In this document: piece by piece, positions 45,494 through 54,985 of the stretch
Layout of the letters: the number at the start of each line of letters is the position of its first letter
Position numbering within the stretch: position 1 is the first letter of the stretch
Source of the DNA: Clostridiaceae bacterium
GTDB taxonomy: Bacteria; Bacillota; Clostridia; DUPQ01
DNA: 64,000 nt
Reading direction: 5' to 3'
Assembly: GCA_012838235.1 (NCBI GenBank)
Contig: DUPQ01000074.1
Coordinates: forward strand, 26,709-90,708
The notes under the pieces: model-generated
Seen by the model: only the letters and a program-made list of their open reading frames with translations
Told to the model about the DNA's origin: nothing
Database searches by the model: none
Translations under genes and position numbers: made by a program

Positions 45494-46698
45494 TGGAAAA
45501 AGCCCTGACCGTATCTCAGCTCAATGAGTATATCAAACAACTTGTTTCTTCCGATGAAGTATTGGAAAGTCTGCATGTGGAAGGTGAAATATCCAACTGC
45601 ACCATTCACTATTCCGGTCATATATACTTTTCCATAAAGGATGATAAATGTGCTATACGATGTGTAATGTTTTCCGGATATACCAAAAGCCTCAAGTTTG
45701 AACCGGCGGACGGTGTGAAGGTTACGGTTTACGGATACCTTTCTTTTTATGAAAAAACCGGGCAGTGTCAGATTGTTGTTACCAATATGTTAGAAAGCGG
45801 GACAGGTGATTTATTCATCAAATTCGAGAATCTCAAGAAGAAACTGGAGAAAGAAGGTCTTTTTGATACAGGGAAAAAGAAACCGTTGCCGTTTTTGCCG
45901 GAAACCATAGGTGTAATTACCTCAAGTACCGGAGCGGTTTTGCAGGATATAAGGAACATACTGAACGGAAGGTTTCCTAATTACGGATTCATTTTGTATC
46001 CCGCGACCGTTCAGGGAGTTGATGCACATAAAACCGTAATTAAAGGACTGGAATATTTTAATAAGAATAAAAATGCCGATGTCATAATAATAGCAAGAGG
46101 CGGCGGTTCGGTTGAAGACCTTTGGCCGTTCAATGAGGAAGAGTTGGCATATGCAATACATAACAGCAACATTCCCGTCATATCCGCAATAGGTCATGAA
46201 ACGGATTTCACTATTGCGGACTTTGTGGCGGATGCCAGAGCCGCAACACCTACGGCAGCCGCTCAGATGGTTATCCCGGAGAAAAAACGTCTGGAAAGAG
46301 ATGTTCTTTCGCAAAATGAAAGTCTGGAATTTTCCTATGCGAAACTCATAAATAATCTTACTGAAAGAGTTTCCGATTTGGCAAAAAGACCGGTTATGAA
46401 GCGACCGGAGGAATATACCAATATATTGGCTATGAATCTGGATAACCTTACAGGCAGGTTTTTCACCTTCTCAAAGCAATATCTGGACAATGTTGCATAT
46501 AAATTAAGTACATTAATACATAAAGCGGATGCCATGAATCCTTTAGCGGTGTTATCGAGGGGATACAGTATAACGACCGATAAAAAAGGACATGTTATAA
46601 AAAGTGCGGACAATCTGAATAAAAATGATGTTATATTAACCACTCTTCATGCGGGAAAGATAAGGAGTGTGGTGGAAAAGGCGGTAAAAGATGAGTAA
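45493..46698 (+). CDS. xseA: Exodeoxyribonuclease VII large subunit
   Basis: LTVSQLNEYIK, GEISNC...HIYFSIKD, IGVITSSTGA, IIIARGGGS.EDLW.FN and ISAIGHETD. Confidence 0.9.
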   Translation: MEKALTVSQLNEYIKQLVSSDEVLESLHVEGEISNCTIHYSGHIYFSIKDDKCAIRCVMFSGYTKSLKFEPADGVKVTVYGYLSFYEKTGQCQIVVTNMLESGTGDLFIKFENLKKKLEKEGLFDTGKKKPLPFLPETIGVITSSTGAVLQDIRNILNGRFPNYGFILYPATVQGVDAHKTVIKGLEYFNKNKNADVIIIARGGGSVEDLWPFNEEELAYAIHNSNIPVISAIGHETDFTIADFVADARAATPTAAAQMVIPEKKRLERDVLSQNESLEFSYAKLINNLTERVSDLAKRPVMKRPEEYTNILAMNLDNLTGRFFTFSKQYLDNVAYKLSTLIHKADAMNPLAVLSRGYSITTDKKGHVIKSADNLNKNDVILTTLHAGKIRSVVEKAVKDE

Positions 46699-46897
46699 TA
46701 AGGATTTCAATACGCTCTACAGGGAACTGGAAAAGAAGGTGGAGTTACTGGAAAAAGGGGAACTGCCGTTGGAAGAGGCGGTAAAGACCTATACCGAAGG
46801 GCAGGAGTTGATAAAACTGCTCAACGAAAAACTTAACAAAGCCCGTGAACAAATGGTAGTGACCGATAAATCCGAACAAAAGGAGCCGGAAAAATGA
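46691..46897 (+). CDS. xseB: Exodeoxyribonuclease VII small subunit
   Basis: 68 aa. LEKKVELLEKGELPLEEAVKTYTEGQELIKLLNEKL. Confidence 0.85.
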   Translation: MSNKDFNTLYRELEKKVELLEKGELPLEEAVKTYTEGQELIKLLNEKLNKAREQMVVTDKSEQKEPEK

Positions 46898-47763
46898 CAA
46901 ACTTGAATACCGTAATGAAAAAATACGGGGAACAGGTTACTCTGTTTATCAATCAGAGGATAAACAAAAGCAATGCGCCCGACATAATAAAGGAAGCCTG
47001 CCTGTACAGTGTAAATGCCGGCGGTAAAAGAATCCGACCGGTTCTGTTTCTTATGACCTTGGATGCTCTCAATGCGGAAATTACCGAAAAGCATATAGCA
47101 TATGCATCGGCTATTGAGATGATACACACATATTCGTTGATACACGACGATTTGCCGGCAATGGATAATGATGAGTACAGAAGAGGGCAGTTGACCAGTC
47201 ATATCAAATTCGGTGAGGCATACGCTATTTTAGCCGGAGACGCTTTATTGAACCTGGCATATGAAACGATGCTGGATTATGCAGTCAATGCAAAGGATAT
47301 TGCAGCCGCAAGAAACATAGCCGAAGCGGCCGGATATCAGGGAATGGTAGGCGGGCAGGTTCTGGATATGAAAAAGCCCGATACCGTCAATGACATTCTT
47401 GCTATGTATTCGTTGAAAACGGGTGCCCTTATAAAAACATCGGTGGTATCAGCCGGAATAATAGCCGGATGCAACAAAAGAACATTGAAAAGACTGGCTG
47501 ATTATGCCGAAGGTATCGGTGTAGCCTTCCAGTTAAGAGATGATTATCTGGATAAAACCGATATTAACGAAAAAACCGGAAAACCCAAAGACAGTGACAG
47601 AAAAAATGAAAAAGCCACATACATCTCCAAAAGAGGGATTGCGGCAAACCAAAATAAACTGCAAAAGTATACGAAAAAAGCATTAACGGCTTTACAGCCT
47701 TACGGAGACAGCTATAATAACTTACGCTCATTAGCGGAGTTTTTAGGTGACAGGATGAAATAG
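46894..47763 (+). CDS. ispA: Polyprenyl (farnesyl/geranylgeranyl) diphosphate synthase
   Basis: First DDxxD (HDDLPAMDNDEYRRG) and second DDxxD (QLRDDYLD), plus GGKRIRP. Confidence 0.85.
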   Translation: MTNLNTVMKKYGEQVTLFINQRINKSNAPDIIKEACLYSVNAGGKRIRPVLFLMTLDALNAEITEKHIAYASAIEMIHTYSLIHDDLPAMDNDEYRRGQLTSHIKFGEAYAILAGDALLNLAYETMLDYAVNAKDIAAARNIAEAAGYQGMVGGQVLDMKKPDTVNDILAMYSLKTGALIKTSVVSAGIIAGCNKRTLKRLADYAEGIGVAFQLRDDYLDKTDINEKTGKPKDSDRKNEKATYISKRGIAANQNKLQKYTKKALTALQPYGDSYNNLRSLAEFLGDRMK

Positions 47764-47766
47764 TGT

Positions 47767-49599
47767 ATGGAACTTCTGGACAGAATAAAGGTATCTTCCG
47801 ATGTGAAGGATATCAAAAAAGAGGATATAGATGAGTTATGCAGACAGATAAGGACTTTTCTTGTGGAGGTTGTGACCGGTAACGGAGGACACCTTGCAAG
47901 TAATCTGGGAGTGGTGGAACTGACGGTGGCGCTGCACAGATGTCTGGATATGGAAAAAGACCACATAATTTTCGATGTGGGGCATCAAAGTTATGTTCAT
48001 AAAATTCTGACCGGAAGAAAAGATAGTCTGGCAACAATGGGAAGCATCGACGGATTGGGTTGCTTTCCCGATGAGGAGGAAAGCAGGTACGATTCTTTCA
48101 ATACCGGACATGCAAGCACATCGGTCTCCGCCGCTTTAGGTATGGAAAAAGCCTTAAGAATGAGCGGTTCGGACGGCAAAGTAGTGGCGGTTTTAGGTGA
48201 CGGAGCTTTGGGCGGCGGAATGGTATACGAGGCCTTGAACAACGCTAAAGATTTGGATTCCGATATTCTCATAATTCTTAACGACAATGAAATGTCCATA
48301 AGCAGGAATGTGGGGGCAATGTCGAGACATCTTTCAAAACTCAAGTTACGTCCTTCACATATTGACACTAACCTTAGAATCAAGCATATTGTGGAAAAAA
48401 CACCGGGCGGCAAGGGATTTATACGGTTGATACAAAAAACAAAAAGAGCATTAAAGTCTTTTGTAGGGCAGAAGATGTTCTTCGAGGATTTGGACATCCG
48501 ATATCTGGGTCCCGTTGACGGACATGACGAGCATCAGCTGGAGTCTATAATAAAGGAGGCATTGAATGTAAAGGGGCCTAAACTGCTGCATGTGGTAACA
48601 ACCAAAGGTAAGGGGTATGAAAAGGCGGAAAGAGATCCCGTTAAGTTTCACGGTCTTAAAAACAGTTATTCAAAAAGCAGAAGACTGCCTGAAAATATTA
48701 TGTATAATCAACTTTTCGGAAAGCTTCTGACCGAAATGGCCGAAAAAGATAAGAATATAGTTTGTGTATGTCCCGCAATGACCGAAGGATCGGGTTTAAG
48801 CGAGTTTTGTAAAGTACATAAGGACAGATATTTTGATGTAGGTATTTGCGAACAGCATGCGGTTACTTTCAGTGCCGGTCTCGCCAGAGACAAAATAAAG
48901 CCGGTATGTGTTGTATACTCATCTTTTTTACAAAGGGCATACGATCAGATACTTCATGATATAGGGCTGACAAACAAAAATGTGGTGTTGTGTGTGGACA
49001 GGGCGGGGGTTGTGGATGCATACGGTAAGACCCATCAGGGGATTTATGATATTGCATATCTGTCCACAATTCCCAATATGAGAATATTTGCACCGGAATC
49101 GGAAGAGGATATGGAAAAACTGTTATATAAAGCCATATATGACATTGAAGGATGTGTTGCCGTAAGATATCCGTATGATCAGATTCATAATGATATTAAG
49201 AATCTCTTTGTTGATGTGTCCGAAAAAAGAGAGATTTCTTTATATAGTAAAAACGGTGACAAAGCAATACTGTGTTACGGCAGGATGGTTGCTGTTGCCG
49301 TGGAAGCGGCGGACATTGCAGGTGCAGATGTGGTTAAACTAACCGATATATATCCTTTGGATTATGAAAGTCTGTATGAGGTTTTGGGGAAATATAAGTA
49401 TGTTGTATCTGCCGAAGATGTGATATACAACGGGTCTGTAGGTCAAAGGCTGCAATCATGGCTATATGAGAACAACAAGAATGACTTTAAACTGATATGC
49501 TTAAATATCGATGAGGATTGTGAGATGAAAGGGTGTGTTGAAGATATACTGGAAGAAAACGGGATGTCTAAAGATGCAATTGCAAGGATTATCAGTTAG
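47767..49599 (+). CDS. dxs: 1-deoxy-D-xylulose-5-phosphate synthase
   Basis: GGHLASNLGVVELTVALH, DVGHQSY.HKILTGR, GDGALGGGM and ICEQHAVTFSAGLA. Confidence 0.95.
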   Translation: MELLDRIKVSSDVKDIKKEDIDELCRQIRTFLVEVVTGNGGHLASNLGVVELTVALHRCLDMEKDHIIFDVGHQSYVHKILTGRKDSLATMGSIDGLGCFPDEEESRYDSFNTGHASTSVSAALGMEKALRMSGSDGKVVAVLGDGALGGGMVYEALNNAKDLDSDILIILNDNEMSISRNVGAMSRHLSKLKLRPSHIDTNLRIKHIVEKTPGGKGFIRLIQKTKRALKSFVGQKMFFEDLDIRYLGPVDGHDEHQLESIIKEALNVKGPKLLHVVTTKGKGYEKAERDPVKFHGLKNSYSKSRRLPENIMYNQLFGKLLTEMAEKDKNIVCVCPAMTEGSGLSEFCKVHKDRYFDVGICEQHAVTFSAGLARDKIKPVCVVYSSFLQRAYDQILHDIGLTNKNVVLCVDRAGVVDAYGKTHQGIYDIAYLSTIPNMRIFAPESEEDMEKLLYKAIYDIEGCVAVRYPYDQIHNDIKNLFVDVSEKREISLYSKNGDKAILCYGRMVAVAVEAADIAGADVVKLTDIYPLDYESLYEVLGKYKYVVSAEDVIYNGSVGQRLQSWLYENNKNDFKLICLNIDEDCEMKGCVEDILEENGMSKDAIARIIS

Positions 49600-49709
49600 C
49601 AAAAATAATGGATGTACAGATTGTCATGCAGGCAAAAGGCATTGCAATCAGTATATATTTGAATGTATAATAGGAAAGAAATTGATGTATGTAAGAGGAT
49701 AATCTTTAT

Positions 49710-50060
49710 ATGCTGTTTAGAAAGCAAGATCAAAAAGTGTCATACAGGGAGAACATGAGAGACGGACAGGGTACTATCATGTTTAATGAATTACTGCCTA
49801 AACAGTTCTTAAACGGAAAAGGCCGTCTTTTTTCTTTGATTACCGTTGAACCCGGTTGTTCGATAGGCTTTCATGTTCATGAAAACGAATCGGAAACATA
49901 TTATGTAATTGAAGGTTCTTTAGTATACAACGACAATAATGAGAAGGAATATGTAATACAGGAAGGCGATTGCGTGTATAACGGGAATATGCGCGGTCAC
50001 AGTGTGAGAAACGAGGGTAAGAGCAAAGCCGTGGTGCTGGCTCTTATTCTTTTTATGTAG
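49710..50060 (+). CDS. Cupin domain protein
   Basis: GCSIGFHVHENESETYYVIEG...GH cupin motifs. Confidence 0.7.
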   Translation: MLFRKQDQKVSYRENMRDGQGTIMFNELLPKQFLNGKGRLFSLITVEPGCSIGFHVHENESETYYVIEGSLVYNDNNEKEYVIQEGDCVYNGNMRGHSVRNEGKSKAVVLALILFM

Positions 50061-50072
50061 TAAAGGGGTAGT

Positions 50073-50747
50073 ATGGGTTTAAACGAAAAAATTATTAAAG
50101 CGATAGTATTTGATATGGACGGAGTGTTGATAGATTCCGAGCAGGTAATGAGCAAGGCGGCAATTCTGGCTCTCAAGGAATTCGGTGTGAATGCGCAACC
50201 TTATGATTTTATACCGTTTATGGGGCAGGGGGAGAACAGTTTTATAGGAAATGTTGCAAGAAAGTACAATGTGGAATATCAGTATGCAATGAAATACAGA
50301 GCATATGAGATATATGATGAACTTGTCAGCGATGAAGCAAAGCTGTTTCCGAATATCAAGGAAACAATTACAACACTTAAGAAAAGAGGATACAGAATAT
50401 CATTGGCATCGGGTGCCGATATGATGAAGGTCAGTTCAAACATTAAGGCTATCGGGATGGAAGAGTCGGATTTTGAAGCATTTGTTACCGGTAATGATGT
50501 GACAAGAAATAAGCCTGAACCGGATATTTTCCTGTTGGCCGCTGAAAAAATGAAGATTAATCCCGCATACTGTCTGGTTTGTGAAGATACCATAAGCGGA
50601 ATTAAAGCGGCAAAAGCAGCAGGCATGCAATGTCTGGGTATTACAAGTTCGTTACAGAGCGAAGTGCTTAAAAACAGCGGTGCGGACGAAACATCGGACA
50701 GTATTCACATACTTTTGGATATATTGATGCCGTTAAGCAAGCGGTAG
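50073..50747 (+). CDS. HAD-IA hydrolase (beta-phosphoglucomutase-like)
   Basis: IVFDMDGVLIDSE, SGADM, NKPEPDIF and CEDTISGIKAAKAAGM. Confidence 0.8.
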   Translation: MGLNEKIIKAIVFDMDGVLIDSEQVMSKAAILALKEFGVNAQPYDFIPFMGQGENSFIGNVARKYNVEYQYAMKYRAYEIYDELVSDEAKLFPNIKETITTLKKRGYRISLASGADMMKVSSNIKAIGMEESDFEAFVTGNDVTRNKPEPDIFLLAAEKMKINPAYCLVCEDTISGIKAAKAAGMQCLGITSSLQSEVLKNSGADETSDSIHILLDILMPLSKR

Positions 50748-50776
50748 GAGTAAACAGCCCTCAAGCAATCTTGCTC

Positions 50777-50805
50777 TTGACATAACTATATTAAATTTAT
50801 ATAAT
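50777..50805 (+). promoter_or_regulatory. Consensus sigmaA promoter of tRNA-Trp
   Basis: TTGACA, 17-nt spacer, TATAAT, ending 14 nt before the mature tRNA 5' end. Confidence 0.7.
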
Positions 50806-50819
50806 CACTTCTGCTGCGT

Positions 50820-50895
50820 AGGGAAGTAGTTCAATCGGTAGAGCGGCGGTCTCCAAAACCGTAAGTTGCGGGTTCAAATCCTGTCTTCCCTGCCA
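50820..50895 (+). tRNA. tRNA-Trp: tRNA-Trp (anticodon CCA), CCA end encoded
   Basis: 7-bp acceptor stem AGGGAAG/CTTCCCT, D-loop AGTTCAATCGGTAGAG, anticodon loop CT-CCA-AA, T-arm GGGTTCAAATCC, discriminator G plus CCA. Confidence 0.9.
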
Positions 50896-50903
50896 GAACA
50901 GTG

Positions 50904-50946
50904 AATACGACATATTTCGTTATGAGATGTGTCGTATTTTATTATT
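50904..50946 (+). terminator. Intrinsic terminator after tRNA-Trp
   Basis: 12-bp stem (AATACGACATAT/ATGTGTCGTATT, with one G-U pair) followed by TTATTATT. Confidence 0.6.
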
Positions 50947-50994
50947 ACAAGTTATACTTGACAAGCACACTTTGCATGAGTTGCTCGAAATACC

Positions 50995-51052
50995 GGTCAG
51001 TTTTAGTTGGAAATGTTGGTCAGTTTTAGCCGGAAATGTTGGTCAGTTCTTA
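50995..51052 (+). repeat. 23-bp tandem direct repeat, 2.5 copies (GGTCAGTTTTAGYYGGAAATGTT)
   Basis: Copies at 50995-51017, 51018-51040 and a partial copy at 51041-51052. The array abuts the promoter TTGATT-17-TGa-TAGACT (51053-51081) of the first ATPase gene. Confidence 0.85.
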
Positions 51053-51111
51053 TTGATTAGTGCTTATCTTTGTGATAGACTGTTGTCAGAAACTGCGAGG
51101 TGTGACAATTA

Positions 51112-52401
51112 ATGAGTAAAGTATTTGACAAAACAAAATACAAATCCAGGATAATTGATTCATTGGTCGAGAAAAATTTAAGAATATTCAGTGCAGTGTG
51201 TATTGAGGGTCCTAAATGGTGCGGAAAAACATGGACATCCTCATATCATGCTAACAGTGATTTTTTTGTTGGCGATCCGTCAGGTAATTTCTCTAATAGA
51301 ATGTTAGCGGAAACAGAACCTTATACAGTACTGCAAGGCGATAAGCCGCGATTGATTGATGAATGGCAGGAAGTACCGACACTATGGGATGCGGTAAGAT
51401 CTTTTGTAGATGAAAGCGGTGAAAAAGGACAGATTATTCTGACCGGGTCATCAACTCCCGTAAGCAAAGGTATTCTACATAGCGGTACGGGTAGGATTAG
51501 AAACATCAGGATGAATACAATGTCTCTGTATGAGTCAGGTGATTCCGACGGTTTAATATCATTAAAAGATTTATGCGAAAACAAATTTGAGCCGAAGCTA
51601 TTAGAAGAAGCAAAGCTTGAAAGGCTGGCATACTTAATAGTTCGGGGCGGTTGGCCGGGAAATATCGATGCTTCTTTTGATGACTGTGCTGAACTTGCTA
51701 TAGGTTATATGGAAAATATAGCGAAAACAGACCTGAAAAAGTTGGACCGGGATATTGATTATAATGAACATAAAGCAAAATTAATTCTTAAATCGTTAGC
51801 GAGAAATGAATCAACAACAGTATCCAATCAAAGCATTTTGAGAGATATTGTTGATAATGACGCCGATTCTATCAGTAAAAATACATTGGCTAAGTATTTG
51901 AATGCGTTTGACAGAATGTTTCTGTTTAACAATCAAGAGCCGTTTTCACCTAATATAAGGTCATCATTAAGAGTCAAACAAATGGAAAAAAGACATTTTT
52001 CCGATCCTGCAATGGCATGTGCAATGCTGAAGTTGACACCTAAGAAAATGATGAATGATTTAAACACTTTCGGTTTTATGTTTGAAGCTTTGGTAGAAAG
52101 AGATTTATCAATATATGCACAAGCTATGAATGCAAAGTTGTTTCATTATCAAGACTATAAAGGAAATGAAATTGATGCCGTTATGGAATTGGATGACGGC
52201 AATTGGTGTGCTTTTGAAATTAAATTAGGTCTTAATAAGGCGGAAGAAGGCGCTGAAAATCTGATTAAAGTATGTAATGCAATAGTTGATAACGGCGGAA
52301 AAGAACCGTTATTAAAATGCGTAATATACGGAGCCGGTAATATGGCATATAGAAATGCTAACGGAGTTTACATACTTCCTCTAACTTCTTTGAAGCAATA
52401 A
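51112..52401 (+). CDS. AAA+ ATPase of the AAA_14/DUF4143 type (COG1373-like), paralog A
   Basis: Walker A IEGPKWCGKTWT, Walker B-like LIDEWQEVP and GS arm ILTGSS. C-terminal GNEIDAVMELDDGNWCAFEIKLG is a D...ExK-like motif. Confidence 0.8.
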   Translation: MSKVFDKTKYKSRIIDSLVEKNLRIFSAVCIEGPKWCGKTWTSSYHANSDFFVGDPSGNFSNRMLAETEPYTVLQGDKPRLIDEWQEVPTLWDAVRSFVDESGEKGQIILTGSSTPVSKGILHSGTGRIRNIRMNTMSLYESGDSDGLISLKDLCENKFEPKLLEEAKLERLAYLIVRGGWPGNIDASFDDCAELAIGYMENIAKTDLKKLDRDIDYNEHKAKLILKSLARNESTTVSNQSILRDIVDNDADSISKNTLAKYLNAFDRMFLFNNQEPFSPNIRSSLRVKQMEKRHFSDPAMACAMLKLTPKKMMNDLNTFGFMFEALVERDLSIYAQAMNAKLFHYQDYKGNEIDAVMELDDGNWCAFEIKLGLNKAEEGAENLIKVCNAIVDNGGKEPLLKCVIYGAGNMAYRNANGVYILPLTSLKQ

Positions 52402-52577
52402 TCCCGAGTTGTAAAACCGGGTATTGAAAATACCGTTTTCTTTTAGCAATACATGAAGATTATTGTTCTTAAAGGTGAAGTTTAATGGAGTCAGCAAAGT
52501 TTTTTATAATTATTGGTGTTTGTCTATTGAAAATATAACATTAGTTAAGTATATAATGGTAGACAGGAGAGATTGTT

Positions 52578-52934
52578 ATGGAAAACGCAATGTTGATTAT
52601 CGGTAAGAACATAAGGAAATTAAGAAAACAAAGCGGTTTTAAGCAAAGCAGTATTGCGAAGTATTTGAATGTTGATTAAAGTTTAATGTCAAAGATTGAG
52701 AAAGGGGAGCAGTCTATAACATCTGATATGCTGGACAGGTTGGCTGTATTATTCGGAATACCGACAGAAAATCTCTTGCATGAAATAATTTCAACAAAGC
52801 ATATTTCATTTCCTTTCAGAGCAAGCAAGATGAACGAGAAAAATTTAGAAGCAATCAGCGCCATAAATCGGATTGTTTTTAATTTAAGATTTATGAGAAA
52901 ATGTCAGGAGTTTGGAAAAAAAGCTGCTGAATGA
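52578..52934 (+). pseudogene. XRE-family HTH regulator interrupted by an in-frame TAA
   Basis: ATG at 52578 with AGGAGAG SD gives MENAMLIIGKNIRKLRKQSGFKQSSIAKYLNVD-stop(52677-52679)-SLMSKIEKGEQSITSDMLDRLAVLFGIP... The stop falls between helix 2 and helix 3 of the HTH. The downstream ORF 52686-52934 is in the same frame. Confidence 0.6.
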
Positions 52935-53342
52935 TTGTTTTTTTTGAATATTTTCAGTAGGTGTAAGATTCAACTCTATCCTCTAAACCGGTAAAACAGT
53001 AAAGATTATGACTTTATAATTTTAAGTATATAGAAATGAATAGATAATATAGTACCCATAACATATATTCCGATGTCTATGTGTAAAATACGTATATTCA
53101 TTTGCAAAATAGAGCAAAAAAAAACAATTTGCATTTTTAAGACAGAAAATCCGGCATAATAATACTAACGCAGTATATCACTTACGCTGATGAAGGGTGA
53201 TAAGGTTAGCAAATTGTGAGGGTATTTACCCGAAGATTATATTGCATCCAAAACAAAATAGAATAATTTTGGAGGTATTTAACATTCTGTTTTGTATTGC
53301 ATGTAAACGCTCCTATACCCGGTTTGTGCGTTTTCCAATGCT

Positions 53343-53371
53343 ATTATACCTCCAAATTGACACTTTTCCAA
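53343..53371 (-). promoter_or_regulatory. Orphan near-consensus sigmaA promoter on the minus strand
   Basis: Minus strand reads TTGGAA, 17-nt spacer, TATAAT. About 25 nt downstream lies AGGAG, then 7 nt, then a 7-codon mini-ORF (MQYKTEC, 53279-53302). There is no long ORF downstream. Confidence 0.4.
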
Positions 53372-53538
53372 GATTCGCATGTATTTATCTTTTAAAAAAG
53401 ACTATATATGTCAATTTGAACTTTTAGCCTATTTATTGTTAAAGTTGAAAAAGTTCACGAAAAAGACACATAACAGCCCTTTGTATGACATAGAAGGGAA
53501 ATATAATGAGGGCACAGTTAAGAAAGGAGAAACTGAAA

Positions 53539-54195
53539 ATGAAAAAAATAACTAAAATATTTATAACAGGATTACTGACCTTGATAATGATAGCAGGTAT
53601 GAGTATACCGGCAATGGCTGCCACCGAGACCGAATTGACGGATATGGTCAGTGAAGAAATGACGGCAAATTATCTTTATACGGAACTGGCTGCAAAATTC
53701 CCGGAGGTCAAGGTGTTTGCCAACTTAGCCAAGTCCGAGATGCGTCATATAGCGGCTCTCAAGAAAGCTGCTGCAAGACTGGGACTGTCGGTAGAGGCTG
53801 CCAAGCCTGCGGACATTTTAATTCCCGAAACCGTGGAAGATGCTTTGGCTTTTGCGATGGCTTATGAATTGGAAGACATCGAGATGCTTAAAGTACTGAT
53901 CGAAAAGGAAGAAGATGCGATGTTGAAGAGAGTTCTAAATAATCTTCTTAAAGGATCGGAAAGGCACTATAACGCTTTGAAGAGAGTAGCTGATAACGGT
54001 GTTGAGAACTGTGTCTGCAACGAAGATGGATGCACTTATCAGAACAAAGTCAATAACCGGAGCAAAAACGGCGGTCAGGGCAATGGTCAGAAAGCTAATG
54101 CTAATGCACAAAAGGGTATGGGCAACGGTCAGAAGGGGCAGGGTAACCGCAACAACTCCGGCTGCACATCGGATCAGTGCAAGAGAGCACAGTAG
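53539..54195 (+). CDS. Secreted ferritin-like (DUF2202-type) protein with a Gly/Asn/Gln-rich tail
   Basis: Signal peptide MKKITKIFITGLLTLIMIAGMSIPAMA. EEMTANYLYTELAAKF and KSEMRHIAAL resemble the DUF2202 di-iron-like motifs. The tail reads NGGQGNGQKANANAQKGMGNGQKGQGNRNN. AAGGAG SD. Confidence 0.65.
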   Translation: MKKITKIFITGLLTLIMIAGMSIPAMAATETELTDMVSEEMTANYLYTELAAKFPEVKVFANLAKSEMRHIAALKKAAARLGLSVEAAKPADILIPETVEDALAFAMAYELEDIEMLKVLIEKEEDAMLKRVLNNLLKGSERHYNALKRVADNGVENCVCNEDGCTYQNKVNNRSKNGGQGNGQKANANAQKGMGNGQKGQGNRNNSGCTSDQCKRAQ

Positions 54196-54238
54196 GCGGT
54201 AATGCAACTGACATTTAATTCAATTGCCGATAAAAATC

Positions 54239-54267
54239 AAGGGCAGGGTTTAAAAACCCTGTCCTTT
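54239..54267 (+). terminator. Hairpin terminator after the ferritin-like gene
   Basis: AAGGGCAGGG-loop-CCCTGTCCTT (10 bp with one G-U pair) followed by TT. Confidence 0.5.
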
Positions 54268-54295
54268 GGTGTATAAATATGGTGTGGAGGTTGCC

Positions 54296-54985
54296 ATGAA
54301 TCGGATATTAATCGCAGATGACAATGAAGATATTGTCAATATTCTTAAAAAGTTTGCCGAAAAAGAGAATTTGGATGCGGATGTGGCCTTTGACGGACAA
54401 CAGGCATTGGATATGTTTGATAAGAATAATTACGATTTGATTCTGTTGGATATAATGATGCCTAAAAAGGACGGCTATGAGGTTTGCAAGACCATCCGCA
54501 AGACTTCCATGGTCCCCATTATAATGATAACGGCCAAAGGGGAGGATTATGAAAAGATTATGGGTCTGGATCTGGGTGCCGACGACTATATTGTCAAACC
54601 GTTTTCCGTTGCCGAGGTAATGGCAAGGGTCAGGGCTATCTTAAGAAGAATTGAAAAGAAATCCGGTCAGAATCCCGCATTGGTTATAGATTCCATGAAA
54701 CTGGACCTGGATTCCTATACTTTTGAAGTGGACGGGCAAAATGTCGATCTGACTAAAAAAGAATTCGAGTTGCTGTGGACATTGGCTTCCAATACCGGAA
54801 AAGTCTATACCAGAGAAAACCTTCTGGATTCTTTGTGGGGTTATGACTACTACGGAGATTCCAGGACGGTAGACACTCATGTTAAACGTCTGAGAGCTAA
54901 ACTGGCAGCTTTCCCCGGATTGGATGATGTGATAAAAACCATTCGCGGAGTGGGATATAAATTTAAGGAGCCGGATAACAAATGA
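54296..54985 (+). CDS. OmpR-family response regulator
   Basis: MNRILIADDNEDI, the phospho-acceptor in LILLDIMMP, the conserved Lys in DYIVKPF, and a winged helix (LTKKEFELLW...RTVDTHVKRLRAKL). GGAGG SD. Confidence 0.9.
   Translation: MNRILIADDNEDIVNILKKFAEKENLDADVAFDGQQALDMFDKNNYDLILLDIMMPKKDGYEVCKTIRKTSMVPIIMITAKGEDYEKIMGLDLGADDYIVKPFSVAEVMARVRAILRRIEKKSGQNPALVIDSMKLDLDSYTFEVDGQNVDLTKKEFELLWTLASNTGKVYTRENLLDSLWGYDYYGDSRTVDTHVKRLRAKLAAFPGLDDVIKTIRGVGYKFKEPDNK

Noticed and set aside
50927-51112. 61-aa ORF between tRNA-Trp and ATPase A, plus the 76-aa ORF at 53197-53427 and small ORFs at 10603-11069
   Set aside because: They have no SD and are Cys/Leu/Phe-rich with improbable composition. They cover promoter and repeat DNA or lie antisense to better-supported genes.
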